Assembly (NCBI RefSeq): GCF_902713615.1
Contig: NC_052163.1
Span: 23,012,248 to 23,076,247 of the forward strand
Source: Scyliorhinus canicula
Lineage: Eukaryota
Length of the DNA: 64,000 nucleotides
Direction of reading: 5' to 3'
Shown in pieces: positions 51,005 to 62,302 of the stretch. Under the pieces are notes generated by a model. That model saw only the letters and a program-made list of their open reading frames with translations, was not told where the DNA came from and did no database searches. Every line of letters begins with the position of its first letter. Position 1 is the stretch's first letter. The translations under genes and the position numbers were made by a program.

Positions 51005-51590
51005 ACCGTATTCATTGAGAAGACCAAACGCAGATCGAGTAACTGCTTTGCAAAACAGTTCTGACCAGTCCCCAAGCAAGACCCCATGCTTCTTGTGGCC
51101 TGACACTTTAATTCTCCAACCGACTCTCACAATGACATCTCCGTCATTGGCCTGCTGCATTGTTCCAGTGAAGCTCAGCTCAAGCTCAAGGGACAGCATC
51201 TCATCTTTTGATGAGACACTTTACAGCCTTCTGGACTCAGCAGTGAGTTTAACAATTTCAGATTGCAAACTCTGTCCCCTCATTTTGGTTCCTTTTCTTT
51301 GCATGTTTTGGTTTTTCCTCTTATTTTTGCTGTCAGCACCCCTGCACTAAGTACATCTTTTGTTTCTCTTCCTACCCCTTCACCATTCCCTTCGGCCCCT
51401 TCTGTCAATCAAACTGTCCTGTCGTCCAACCTATCACAGGCCTTCTTTTAGTCCCTATCCCACTTGCTTAAAGCCTATTTCTAACCTTTTCCAGTTTAGA
51501 TGAAAGGTCATGGAGCTGAAACGTTAACTGTTTCTCTACAGATGCTTCCTGGCCTGCCGAGCCTCTCCAGTGTTTTCTGTTTTTATTGCT
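51005..51590 (+). mobile_element. Penelope-like element 3' portion (GIY-YIG C-terminus plus pLTR tail)
   Basis: FIEKTKRRSSNCFAKQ...HFNSP..SHNDISVIGLLHCSSEAQLKL..QHLIF resembles the Penelope YIGETKR.L..RF.EH...HFN..EQHLIF segment; tail gatgaaaggtca..ctgaaacgttaac. Confidence 0.8.
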
Positions 51591-52146
51591 GTACTATTTG
51601 CCTTTGTTTGGACCAGTTGATTTTAAAAGCTGATCTATTAAAATTAGTCTTCATTGTAAGCATTAAAATTACTAAACTTGCTGGTAGAATACAATATCTG
51701 AGGAGACGTCATTCATGTTCAGACATATGTTAATAGCGAATTCTACTGCAAAACGATGAATATTGATTCATTCTTGACAGTTTCAGTTCAAAATAACTTA
51801 ATTGCCTTGAACCTCTACTCTCAGAATTTCTAAATTGTGATTGCAGCCGCCAGCAGGATCGGCAGATAAGATTTTGAGGTAGTGAATATTAAGGCAATGA
51901 CAGCTGTGAAGATTGGACACATTTCTACGAGTGGGGTAAAGGGGAGAGGTGAAGGAGTGGGAGCTGGGACACACTCAATTCCTCCCCTCTCCCCTTCAAC
52001 AACTCTCATTCCTCCCCCTCCCAAAAATTTCATCCTAGAATCACACGCTGCCGGAGGCATTAGAATGGGGTCACACCAGGAGAGTGTTTGGGAAGCACTG
52101 CGCTACCCATTGGGAAATATTCTGAAGAAAACCACTGCAAAGTACT

Positions 52147-52657
52147 TTTTTTTTTTTTAAATTATAGATTTAGAGCACCCACTTCTTTTTTTTCCCAATT
52201 AAGGGGCAATTTATCATGCCCAATCCACCTAACCTGTACATCTTTGGGTTGTGGAGGTGAAACCCACGCAGACACGGGGAGAATCCACACAGAGTGACCC
52301 GGGGCCGGAATCGAACCAGGGTCCTCAGCGCCATGGGCAACAGTGCTAACCACTGTGCCAGCCATGGTAGCACAGTGGTTGACACTGTTGCTTCACAGAG
52401 TCAGGGTCCCAGGTTTGATTCCTACTTGGGTCACAGTCTGTGCAGCGTCTGCACAGACTCCCCGCATGTGTGGGTTTCCTCCGGGTATTCCGGTTTCCTC
52501 CCACAAGTCCCGGAACAAGTGCTTGTTGGGGAAATTGGAAATTCTGAATTCTCACTCAGTGTACGCGAACAGGTGTTGGAATGTGGCGACAAGGGGATTT
52601 TCACAGTAATTTCATTGCAGTGTTAATGTAAACCTACTTGTGACAATAATAATATTA
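52147..52657. mobile_element. Head-to-head V-SINE pair: type D (-, 52147-52365) and type C (+, 52360-52657)
   Basis: Poly-T plus D tail on the left, heads meeting at cactgtgccagccatggtagcacagtg, and C tail ...ctacttgtgacaataataa on the right. Confidence 0.87.
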
Positions 52658-52782
52658 AAGTACCAATCAATCATACTAATAATGTAATTTTCACAATAAA
52701 ACAATATATTTTTCATTTTTATTTCAAATCTTTCATAACACTTCATAGAGAAAAATGAAAAAGTTAATAACTGTTACTCTAC

Positions 52783-52959
52783 CTTGTATCTCTCCTTAAT
52801 GTCAAAGTTAATGGCACACTGCAGCTTTCTTAGGCAAATAGGGCAAAGATCAATTGGTCGTCGGTCAGACTCCTCTAAATGGTTGGAACCTTGCATTACA
52901 CATTGCAACCACTGGCAGTGATGCATGCCGAAAATGTGTCCAATTTCATGAGTTAAAGT
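52783..52959 (-). CDS. AMZ2: Archaemetzincin-2 catalytic exon (177 bp, phase 0-0) with zinc-binding motif
   Basis: Acceptor tattttcag|ACT and donor AAG|gtagag. Translates TLTHEIGHIFGMHHCQWLQCVMQGSNHLEESDRRPIDLCPICLRKLQCAINFDIKERYK: HEXXHXXGXXH followed by C-X4-C-X-M-X16-C-X2-C, the archaemetzincin signature. Confidence 0.97.
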
Positions 52960-53770
52960 CTGAAAATACAGCAAATTTTATTTTACTGGAAGTGACACAA
53001 CAACCTGAAATTGAAATGAAATGAAATGAATGAAATAAAATTGTTTTTAAAGAATCAAATTTTTAAAAAAAATTAATAGAGCAATGCTATGTTCAGCTAT
53101 CCATTCTGAAATATGAAAACAATAACTATTTTCAGACCTTTTTAAAGCTCTATCTCTCCACTTTAGCAGTCTCAATCCAGCATACATTTGTATTCTCTAA
53201 AAATGTAATGCAGAATATACTTCTGGTGCAATGGTATCACTCAGAGATTGCATTTGTTTAAATCTCATCTGCTTCTGAACTCATGGATGTAAGGGTTTAT
53301 TTATCTATTTTTGGTGGCATTAGTCACAAGGTAAATTTGACCAGGATATCAGGAGAACTTCCATGTTCTTTGAATACTGCCACAGAATATTTTAAATCCA
53401 TCTAAAAAGAAGCCTCAATTTATTGTTATCCCTATCCAAAGATGTGCAGGTTAGGTGGATTGGCCATGCTAAATTACCCCTAAGTGTCCAAAGGTTAGAT
53501 GGGGTTACAGGGATAGGGTGGGGATTGGATCTGTGTCAAATGATCGGAGCAGACTCGATGGGCCGAATGGCCTCCTTCTGCACCGTAGGATTATATGATA
53601 AACATTCATAAAGAAATGCGAACAGCATGGTCAAGATAACTAGAAACAGCTAATAAACTTCCCTCAATACAAACGTTTACAGGCATTTTCACGTAATTAA
53701 CTCAAAATTCTAAAACTATGAGGAGGAATTTCTTCAGCCAGACGTGAATCTGTCAAATCAATTGCCGCAG

Positions 53771-53924
53771 CACTGTCCATGTGGAGTTTGCACATTCTCC
53801 CCGTGTTTGCGTGGGTTTCGCCCCCACAACCCAAAGATGTGCAGCGTAGGTGGATTGGCCACGCTAAGTTTCCCCTTAATTGGAAAAAATTAATTGGGCA
53901 CTCTAATTTTATTTTTAAAAACTG
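53771..53924 (+). mobile_element. 5'-truncated V-SINE type D with 11-bp TSD
   Basis: aattgccgcag (53760-53770) and aattgctgcag (53925-53935). Confidence 0.82.
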
Positions 53925-53989
53925 AATTGCTGCAGGAGACTGTGGAGGCCAAGTCACTGAGTGACTTTAAGACAGAGATAGATAAGTTC

Positions 53990-54098
53990 GTTTTTTAAAA
54001 ATAAATTTAGAGGACCCAATTTTTTCCAATTAAGGGATTGAACCTGGGACCTCGGCGTCATGAGGCAGCAGTGCTAACTACTGTGCATCGTGATGCCC
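53990..54098 (-). mobile_element. Internally deleted V-SINE type D with 13-bp TSD
   Basis: gatagataagttc at 53977-53989 and 54099-54111. Confidence 0.85.
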
Positions 54099-54140
54099 GA
54101 TAGATAAGTTCTTGATTAATAAGGGGATCAGGGGTACAGG

Positions 54141-55055
54141 CTATTTTGGAAGAGAAGGAAGAGTTGGGAGAGGTATGGAGGAGGGGTTCTGGTGTGAGGT
54201 GCTCTGGAGAGTGAACGCCTCCACCTCGTGCACGAGGTTGGAGCTGATACAGCTGAAGGTGGTATTTAGAGCACACCTCAAGGGCGAGTATGAGCCGGCT
54301 CTTTGTTGGTGTAGAAGAAGTGTGTGAAAACAGGTGCCGGCCTTTCCGCTGCTGCCGCCACAGGGGATACAGGATAGAGTAGTCTCCAGCACCTGGGTGG
54401 GAGAGGCGAAGGTATCGGATATTTACCTGAGCTTTCAGAGGCGGAGGAAATGGAGGAGCTTAAGGGCAAGTGGGAGGACGAGCTAGGAGGAGAGTAGAGG
54501 CGGGTCTATGGGCGAATGCCCTAAGCAGGGTTAATACCTCCTCATCGTGTGCCAGGCTTAGCCTGATACAATTTAAGGTAGTCCACCGGGCACACATGAC
54601 AGTGGCTAGAATGAGCAAGTTTTTCGGGGTAGAGTATAGGTGTGGAGGTGCACGGGAAGCCCAGCAAATCATGTCCACATGTTTTGGGCATGCCCGAAGC
54701 TTAGAGGGTTTTGGCAAGGTTTTGCTAAGGCAATGCCCACAGTGCTAAAAACGGGCGGTGCCGAGTCCGGAGGTAGTGATGTTTGGAGTGTCAGAAGATC
54801 CGGGATTTCAGGGGGCGAAAGAGGCCGACGACCAGCCTTTGCCTCCCTGGTAGCCAAGATACAGATCTTATTAATGTGGAGGGACTCGAAGCCCCCGAGT
54901 GTAGAGACCTGGGTTAGTGACATGGCTGCGTTTCTCAGTCTTGAGAAAATAAAGTTTGCCTTAAGAGGGTCAATGTTAGGGTTCACCCGGAGGTGGCAGC
55001 CGTTCGTCGGCTTTCTCGGGGGAAATTAAAAATGTCAGCAGATGCAGTATTCCAA

Positions 55056-55087
<32 letters not shown>

Positions 55088-55950
55088 GGGGGGGATTGTT
55101 GTTGTATGGTTGAGGTGTGAAGATTGGGCTGGGCTACTTATTTACCATGTTGATGTCATTGTTTTTGTTACTGTTACAAAAATTTTCAAATACCTTAATA
55201 AAATATCAGTAAAAAAAAATGTATGTGCTCCCCGTGTGGGGAGGGGCCCCGCGAGTCACATTCATATGTTTTGGTCCTGTCCAAAGCTGGAGGATTACTG
55301 GAAGGAGGTTTTTAGGGTAATCTCTAAAGTGGAGCACGTAAGACAGCACGGTGGCGCAGTGGTTAGCACTGGGACTACGGCGCTGAGGACCTGGGTTTGA
55401 ATCTCGGCCCTGGGTCACTGTCCGTGTGGAGTTTGCACATTCTCCCCGTGTCTGCGTGGGTTTCACCCCCACAACCCAAAGATGTGCAGGTTAGGTGTAT
55501 TGGCCATTCTAAATTGCCCCTTAATTGCAAAAAAAACAATTGGGTACTCGCAATTTAAAATAAATTTTAAAAAATAAGGCGGTGCACGTAAAATTGGACC
55601 CGGGCCCTCGGGAGGCCATATCCGGGGTGTCAGACCAGTCGGAGTTGGAAATGGGTGCAGAGGCGGATGTTGTAGCCTTCGCCTCGTTGATCACCCAAAG
55701 GCGGATCCTGTTGGGATGGAGATCAACCTCTCCACCCTGTGCCCTGGTGTGGTGGGGGATGGGTGATCCTGATTCTGTTTTGTTATGTGTTTATATTAAC
55801 ATGCGGGCAGTTGTTTGGGGGTTGGTGGGAGGATGGGATTGTTGTTGATATAGGAATTGACATTGTATTCGTTACTGCTGATTGTTTATTGTTGGTGGGT
55901 GTAAATTTGGGAGAAAATGAGAGAGGAGAATAAAAATATTTATTTAAAAA
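54141..55950 (+). mobile_element. L1-like 3' fragment inserted in a CR1 tail; contains a second L1-like fragment (~54330-55220) and a type-D SINE (~55341-55575)
   Basis: TSD aataaggggatcaggggt(t)acagg at 54118-54140 and 55951-55974; two successive LIQ.KVV.RAH / HMFW.CPKL sets. Confidence 0.88.
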
Positions 55951-56599
55951 AATAAGGGGATCAGGGGTTACAGGGAGTAGATAGAATAGGAATGAGAAAC
56001 ATATCAACCATGATCGAATGGCGGAGCAGACATGATGGGCCGAATGGCTTAATTCTGCTCTTATATATTGGTCTTATTCCTCCCATGAGTGAGAATTCAC
56101 CCAGTAAACTGCTAAACCATACAGACTATCTCAGCCACGATCCTGTTAGAAACTTAACAATTTCTAACAAAAATGAATAAATTTCCAAAGTTCCTGATCT
56201 TGGTTACTGAAAAATGCATATCACTTTCTGAAAAGTTATCGGTCTCGATGAAGTTTGTAACAAGGGGTTAGACACAGGTCCATGGAGGAGGTGATGTCCT
56301 CAGTACAGAATCTATCGGCCAAGGACTCAGCTTCCTCTACCTCTTTCAACAGCAGTGTTTCAGAAGACTCACGCACACGTGACAGCCTCTTCTGGAAATC
56401 TCCACCCAAGAGGAACAGGTGGTCAGCTATTGCCCGTGGCTGTTAAGTTGACCACAGTCCTGTGTAGAATCTCGCAATCTTCAGTCCACTGCATTGGCCA
56501 GGTCACTGATGCTTTGTTGTGAGGGTTTCCAACTACATCAACTTTGAGATGGATGAAGGCTTTGCTTCTCTCCCAGGATTTCCACAGGTCCAAGGGGTC

Positions 56600-57245
56600 A
56601 TTGACTGGCCCTAGGTGGCAATGCTGATGCCAGAATTGTCAGGCGTATTTGTAAATTGGAAGGTCTTTCACTCCCTGAATGCACAGCTTATATCGGACCA
56701 ATTCCAAGAGGATAATGCAGATGTGCGCAAAATATTCAGGGAGCTGCCAGTACTCATTCATCTTTCAACAGTCTCAGCTTACACAATTCTCTCCACCAGA
56801 CAGCCTCAGAAGCTGCCACATGGGGACAAGTGATACCCACTCCTGACCTGGCCCTTCACTCAGTGAGGAAACTCATCACAGAGGCACAGGAGAGGTACAA
56901 CAGGAGCCATATTACCACAAAGCAATAATAGATCAGATCACTGGCTTGCTCAAAATTAGGTTTTGCTACTTTGATCGAGCTACAAGACTGATTGGTGCTC
57001 TAACAGCCACCTCTCCGTATGGGGCCCCCTATTGGCCAGTGCCCTCTGCTGCAGCACTGTGTGTTTCACTGCAAGTCCGCCTCTGCCTGCAGAGAAGACT
57101 GGATTTGGCACCAGCGGAATGTGGAGAGTGGCCAGAATCCTCGGAGGAGGAGGAGGAGCATCATGATATGCTGTTGGCGTCTCCAGCTGCAGAACTGACT
57201 TTCAGAGAAGCCTGTGACAGACTCATCCAGCAGTGCTTCACTTTA
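56600..57245 (+). mobile_element. Harbinger DDE transposase remnant
   Basis: GDK*YPLLTW...EAQERYNRSHITT...ITGLLKIRFCYFDR and terminal REACDRLIQQCF, matching the HARBI1-family pattern GD.GYPL..W...YN..H..TR..IE...GLLK.RF. Confidence 0.72.
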
Positions 57246-57756
57246 AAAGTATGCTTGCAGCATACTTCAATGAGTAGTTAATTTAAACTAATTATTTCAT
57301 TCAAATAAAGAGCATCAATGGTACAGGAACAATGTAATAAGCACCCAAATAATTCCCTTTGTGCAACAGAGTTATTTCCCTCATATGCTTTCTACCACTT
57401 GTGTGTGGTTTTACACCTATGGTTTCAGCAGAGCTAGCAGAAATCTGCTCGTTCTCCTGCTTTGACATGAAACACCCATGACAGACTCCTCTGGCATCTG
57501 GAACTTGTACGGTCTCGCCAAAGACTCCTCCTCCGGCATCTGTGCAGGGGCAGAGTTGGACATCGGGACAGGCCACAGCTTGTATGGCTTTAAGAGGGAT
57601 GGAGAGCAAGGACTGGAAAAGGACACAATTTTAGAAGAACTTCATATTTTCTCTCAGGTTCCACCTGCATTTCCTTGCTGACCAAAAGATGATCACCTAG
57701 CTGCATGTGATTGCCGCATTCAGTCACAGCTTTGATAGATGCCATTTAAATTGACA

Positions 57757-58800
57757 GGCACTGGTGCTTCACAGCACCAGAGACCCTGGTTCGATTCCCG
57801 GCTTGGGTCACTGTCTGGGTGGAGTCTGTATGTTCTCCCCATGTCTACATGGGTTTCCTCCGCGTGCTCTGGTTTCCTCCCACACATCCCGAAAGAAGTG
57901 CTTGTTAGGTGAATTGGACATTCTGAATTCTCCATCTGTAAACCCGAACAGGCGCCACAAGTAAGCCTACTTGTGACACTAATAAAGATTATTATTATAT
58001 GGTGTGCAGGCAACTGGGTAACCTGCTACATCAGATTTCCCATGAGGTGCCCACTCTTTCATTGTAGGTGACCACCAATGACAATTCCAGGGACATCATG
58101 GCGATCATGCTGGAGATGGATTGATTCCAGAGATGAGGGGTTTGTCGTAAGAAGAGAGATTGAACAGTTTAGGCCTATACTCTCTAGAGTATGAGGCGAA
58201 TTCAAATTGTCGTATACAACATGATAAAAAATATTAATAAAAGGTCGGCACGTTAAAGCAGTGGTTAGCACTGTTGCCTCACGGCGCCAAGGATCCGGGT
58301 TCGGCCCCGGGTCACTGTCCGTGTGGAGTTTGCACATTCTCTCCGTCTCACAACCCAAAAAGGTTTGCAGGGTAGATGGATTGGCTGTGCTAAATTTCCC
58401 CTTAATTGGGAAAAAACAAAATTGGATCCTCTAAACTTATTTAAAAAAAGATTTGGATAAAGTAGACGTGGAGTGGATGCTTCCTCTTGTGGGGCATTCT
58501 AGAACAACAGGCCATAGTCTTAGGATAAGAGGTAGCAAATTTTAAAAGGAGTTGAGGAGAAACTACATCTCTCAAAGGGTTATGAATCTGTGGAATTCGC
58601 AATCTCTGACTGCGGTGGATGCAGGGAGAGTGAGTAAATTTAAGGAATTAGACAGATTTTTAATTGGTGATGGGTTGAAGGGTATGGAGAATGGGCAGGA
58701 TGGTGAAGTTATGGCCAGGATGAGATCAGCCATAATCGAATGCGGAACAGACTGATGGCCAAAAGGCATAATTCTGCACATATATCTTATGAACTTATAG
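57757..58800 (+). mobile_element. V-SINE type C (57757-57998) and CR1 3' fragment (58000-58800) with nested type-D SINE (58242-58450)
   Basis: Diagnostic heads and tails; RRNYISQRVMNLWNS CR1 C-terminus. Confidence 0.8.
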
Positions 58801-59499
58801 GCTTCTCCATTTTCTATGCAAAGTTGTGCACTACCTCTGGTAATTCTGACAGATGCATACATATTGCTTGTTCCTGTTCCACAAGAATGGTGTGAACCCA
58901 GAGGCTCTCAATCTGTGTTCAGCTGAGCAGAGCTTAATGTTCTGCACCCTCTGACGTTAACTCTCCATTTCTGTCCCTGTATCCAGCACCTGCTTCATGT
59001 GATGTGCTCCTAACCCGCTATCACCCTATCTGTTTGAGAAGCTAGGCCCAATGGGATATGTGTATCTGTATTGGTGGAGGGTGCACAGGAGGCACGTGAC
59101 TGGATGAGTACTTGGCAAGCCATAAAATTCAAGGCAATGGGTCAAGTGCTGGCAAGTGGGACTAGGTGGGCAGGTCAGGGCCTTTCATGCGTGGGTGCAG
59201 TCTCCATGGGCCGATGGGCCTCTTCTGCACTACAGTATTCTGTGATTCTGTGACAGTGTCTCCTCAAAGAATCATCAGCCTCATCCCTCATCTCTTCTGC
59301 CAGCATCGAAAACACACCTGTAGCAGATGAAAGCCGTGCGTTGGTGTTTAACCTAGGTGAAACAGGTTCCAAGTTGGCAGATCGTGGCATTTAATGTTGT
59401 TGTCAACTGATTTAACATGACTGCGTTAAGTGCCAAGTGGCAGCTATATCTAATGTTGTCACCAAGTCCCTGGGCCCTCACACTGGGAACGACCTGTAT

Positions 59500-60030
59500 A
59501 GCTGCCACCCTGCTGATCTCCAGTTTCCTCCTACTTCACAATCTGGGTGACAATGGCGACAGGCTCACTCTCGGTTCTCTTCATCTCCCTGGAATTGTGA
59601 GCTCTCTTTGCTGCATTGAAAAAAGGTTAAGAGTGTGAGCAGTTAACTGCTAAGGATAGAAGGTAAACATTTGAGGAGGGCCACTGTGGGAATGATGCAA
59701 GAGTGCAAAATGTTGCAAGTGAGTTGAGACAGAGATTTGGTAAGGAGGTTGACAACAAAATATATTGATTAAAGGAGTGTTGCGCAGAGGAATTCCGGGG
59801 AGGTAAGAGAGTGCTGGCTGCCAATGGAGAGTTCCAGGACACTCACGTTGCTAAGCCTCATGAGGTCATCAAATCTTTTCCAGCACTGGATCTAGAACCT
59901 TGGGACCACACGTTGGATACTAACAGCCTCAGAAAAAAAACGGTCTACTTACTACGAATAAGTGGCCTCCTCCTGTCATTCTCAAAGAAGAGAGACAAAC
60001 CTTTCCACATCTTCTATCCATCCTGCAGAT
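59500..60030 (-). mobile_element. Harbinger Myb/SANT-like accessory gene remnant with intron
   Basis: Minus strand VVPRF*IQCWKRFDDLMRLS|gtgagt ... ttttttcaatgcag|QKRAHN-like segment. Confidence 0.55.
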
Positions 60031-60086
60031 TTTTGCTCCCTTATACTAGATTGTTTCCTGCAAGAAAATGGTGGAAAATGGGGAGA

Positions 60087-61870
60087 TGGTGGGGTAGTGG
60101 TAATGTCACTTGACTAGCAATCCAGAGGCCCAAACTAATGCTCTGAGGACACGGGTTCAAATCCCACCACAGCAGCCTTCCACAGGTCTGGCTGGGAACC
60201 CTTTAAATCACCTGGGAGACAGAGAAAGTTGAGAGAGAACCTCCTGGTGGGAGAACCTGCTCGCAGCCTTTCAAACCTAAAAATGAGACTTCTATGTTCA
60301 GTCTGTCTTTTCCGCTTGTTTGATCTGTGTGCAGAGATTTTGGCTGTATCATGAACAAAGTCCTCAGCCAGGTCTGTTCCTAGCCATTCAGACAAGACGA
60401 TTAAACCATTACAGACCTGGTGGGTCAATCTGCTCGCAGCCTTTCAAACCAGTAGGTTTTCAAATCGGAGTGCCCTCCACAGGTCTGGCTGGGACCCCAT
60501 TAAAGCCTGGGAGGCAGAGAAAACTGAGAGAAAGTGGTGGAATTTAAATTCAATGAATAAAATCTGAAATTAAAAACTAGTCTCAGTAATCGTGACCATG
60601 AAATCACATTATCATAGGAACCCATCTGATTCATGATTGCCCTTTAGGGAAGAAAGACTGCAATCCTTACCCGGTCTGGCCTACACATGACGTGCAGGTT
60701 AGGTGGATTAGCCACTGTAGCTTCCCTGGGGTGGCCACGTCCCGATTCCAAAATGGACATTCGCAAAGAGTACAGGGAAAATTGGACAGTACTAGGAAAA
60801 CAAGCAGGTGCAAGGTTTGCCTGTGGACTGGAACTTGCAGATCCCAGACAGAACTGATACTACAAGCCATTAGCATAGTAATGAGATATCTCTGGGGACA
60901 AAAGAGAAATATTTAAGCAATCGGTACCAGGGCAGACTCCCCGGCACCAGTGGAGACTAAAACAAAGGCAGGCCAACGATCACCTAGGGCCCAGCGATTG
61001 AGGAACGACCCCTTTATTGGAGAGAATCAATACAACTGATTGGGACATGGTCCAATTAATTGGGACCAAGTTCAGGAACCGCCCAGAAGGGTGCGAAACC
61101 CTTTGGGGTATAAAGAAAAGTCCCCAAGGTCAGAGCGCTCTCTTCCTCTTCTTCTTCGCCTTCACCTTGGCTTTTGGCTCTCAGCGACGAGAGGCCCGCC
61201 AAGCACCAGCCAAGTAAGTCTAAGGTCAACGCACGCTACGAGCTACTATTCTATATCAGTTCGAAGCCAGCAGTATCAGAACCAGACAACGGCCATTGTT
61301 CCTCTGACAGAGTGGGCGCCCGAAGCTAAGTATAGGCTTTTAGTAGTAGTTGTAGTTTAGTGAGTAGAGTTTGTGCATGAGTAACAATTGACTGTGTGTG
61401 TAAATAAATGTGCATTGATTTCAACCCTAACCCTAACTGGTGTATCGAGTCATTGAGCAGTATTCGGTTTTGAACGTTATGGTGGTATCAGAAAGATATC
61501 TGGCGACTCTTATGCAAAGGTAATTAAAACAGAGCAAATTAAACAAAGCATAACGAGCAACACCATGATAAATTGTCCTTTAGTGTCCAAAGATGTGCAG
61601 GTTAGGTGGGTTGGCCATGACCAATGCACGGTGTTACAGGAATAGGGTGGGGGAGTGGGCCTAGCTAGTGTTCTTTTGGAGGGTCGGTGCAGACTCAATA
61701 GGCTGAATGGCCTCCTTCTGCACAGTGGGGTTCTATGGATATGACTCCACACCCATAGCAATGTCGTTGACTCCTAACTGCCCTCTGAAATGGCCTAGGA
61801 AGCCACTCAGTTCAAGAGCAATTAGGGATGGGCATCTGGCAGTGATACACACATTCCATGAAAGAATACA
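60087..61870 (+). mobile_element. Family-E SINE split by three nested insertions
   Basis: Head 60087-60176, middle 60535-60690 and tail 61741-61870 (actcctaactgccctctgaaatggcctag..gcaattagggatgggca). Confidence 0.8.
60716..61562 (+). mobile_element. Solo LTR (847 bp) inserted in a V-SINE fragment
   Basis: TGTAGCTT...GAGCAACA termini, 4-bp TSD ccac/ccat (1 mismatch), TATAAA at 61109-61114 and AATAAA at 61403-61408. The flanks rejoin as ggattagccatgataaattg. Confidence 0.85.
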
Positions 61871-62302
61871 TTTTTTTTTTTTTAAATCACTGCTGCCATA
61901 ATAATTGCAGAGAATATTGACATACAAGACTTGCCCAGGCTTTCCATCCAAAAGACGGTTGGATGCTGATTTAATTTGCAGTAGCCAAGAATGCACAGAC
62001 AACAATCAAAAAAGGTTGAGGTACATATGCATGCCATATGTAAATATGACCTTTGAGATCAATGGCCATTGACAAATTGTATTACTCATTTTAATTTACT
62101 AAGCAGAAATGCAATTAGCCACATATGGTTGATATATTGGACTACACTGGACTATATTAAAGCTTCAACCCACAACTATTTAGAGAGATACAGGTCAGCC
62201 CAACTGGGCCAAGCTGACATGACGTCCAAAAAGCACGACACTACTGCAATTTAAAGCAACTGTTTCCAAATGCAACGCCTTCAGTTCTGCAAAAACACCC
62301 AC

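Noticed and set aside
55046-55095. Long poly-G/poly-C runs (also ~660, 7006, 13645, 23164, 25751) as functional G-quadruplexes
   Set aside because: They recur within TE copies throughout the window, and homopolymer lengths are error-prone.
61479-61510. tggtatcaga / tggcgac as a primer-binding site of a full provirus
   Set aside because: They lie inside the LTR defined by TG..CA ends and TSD, and no gag/pol follows.
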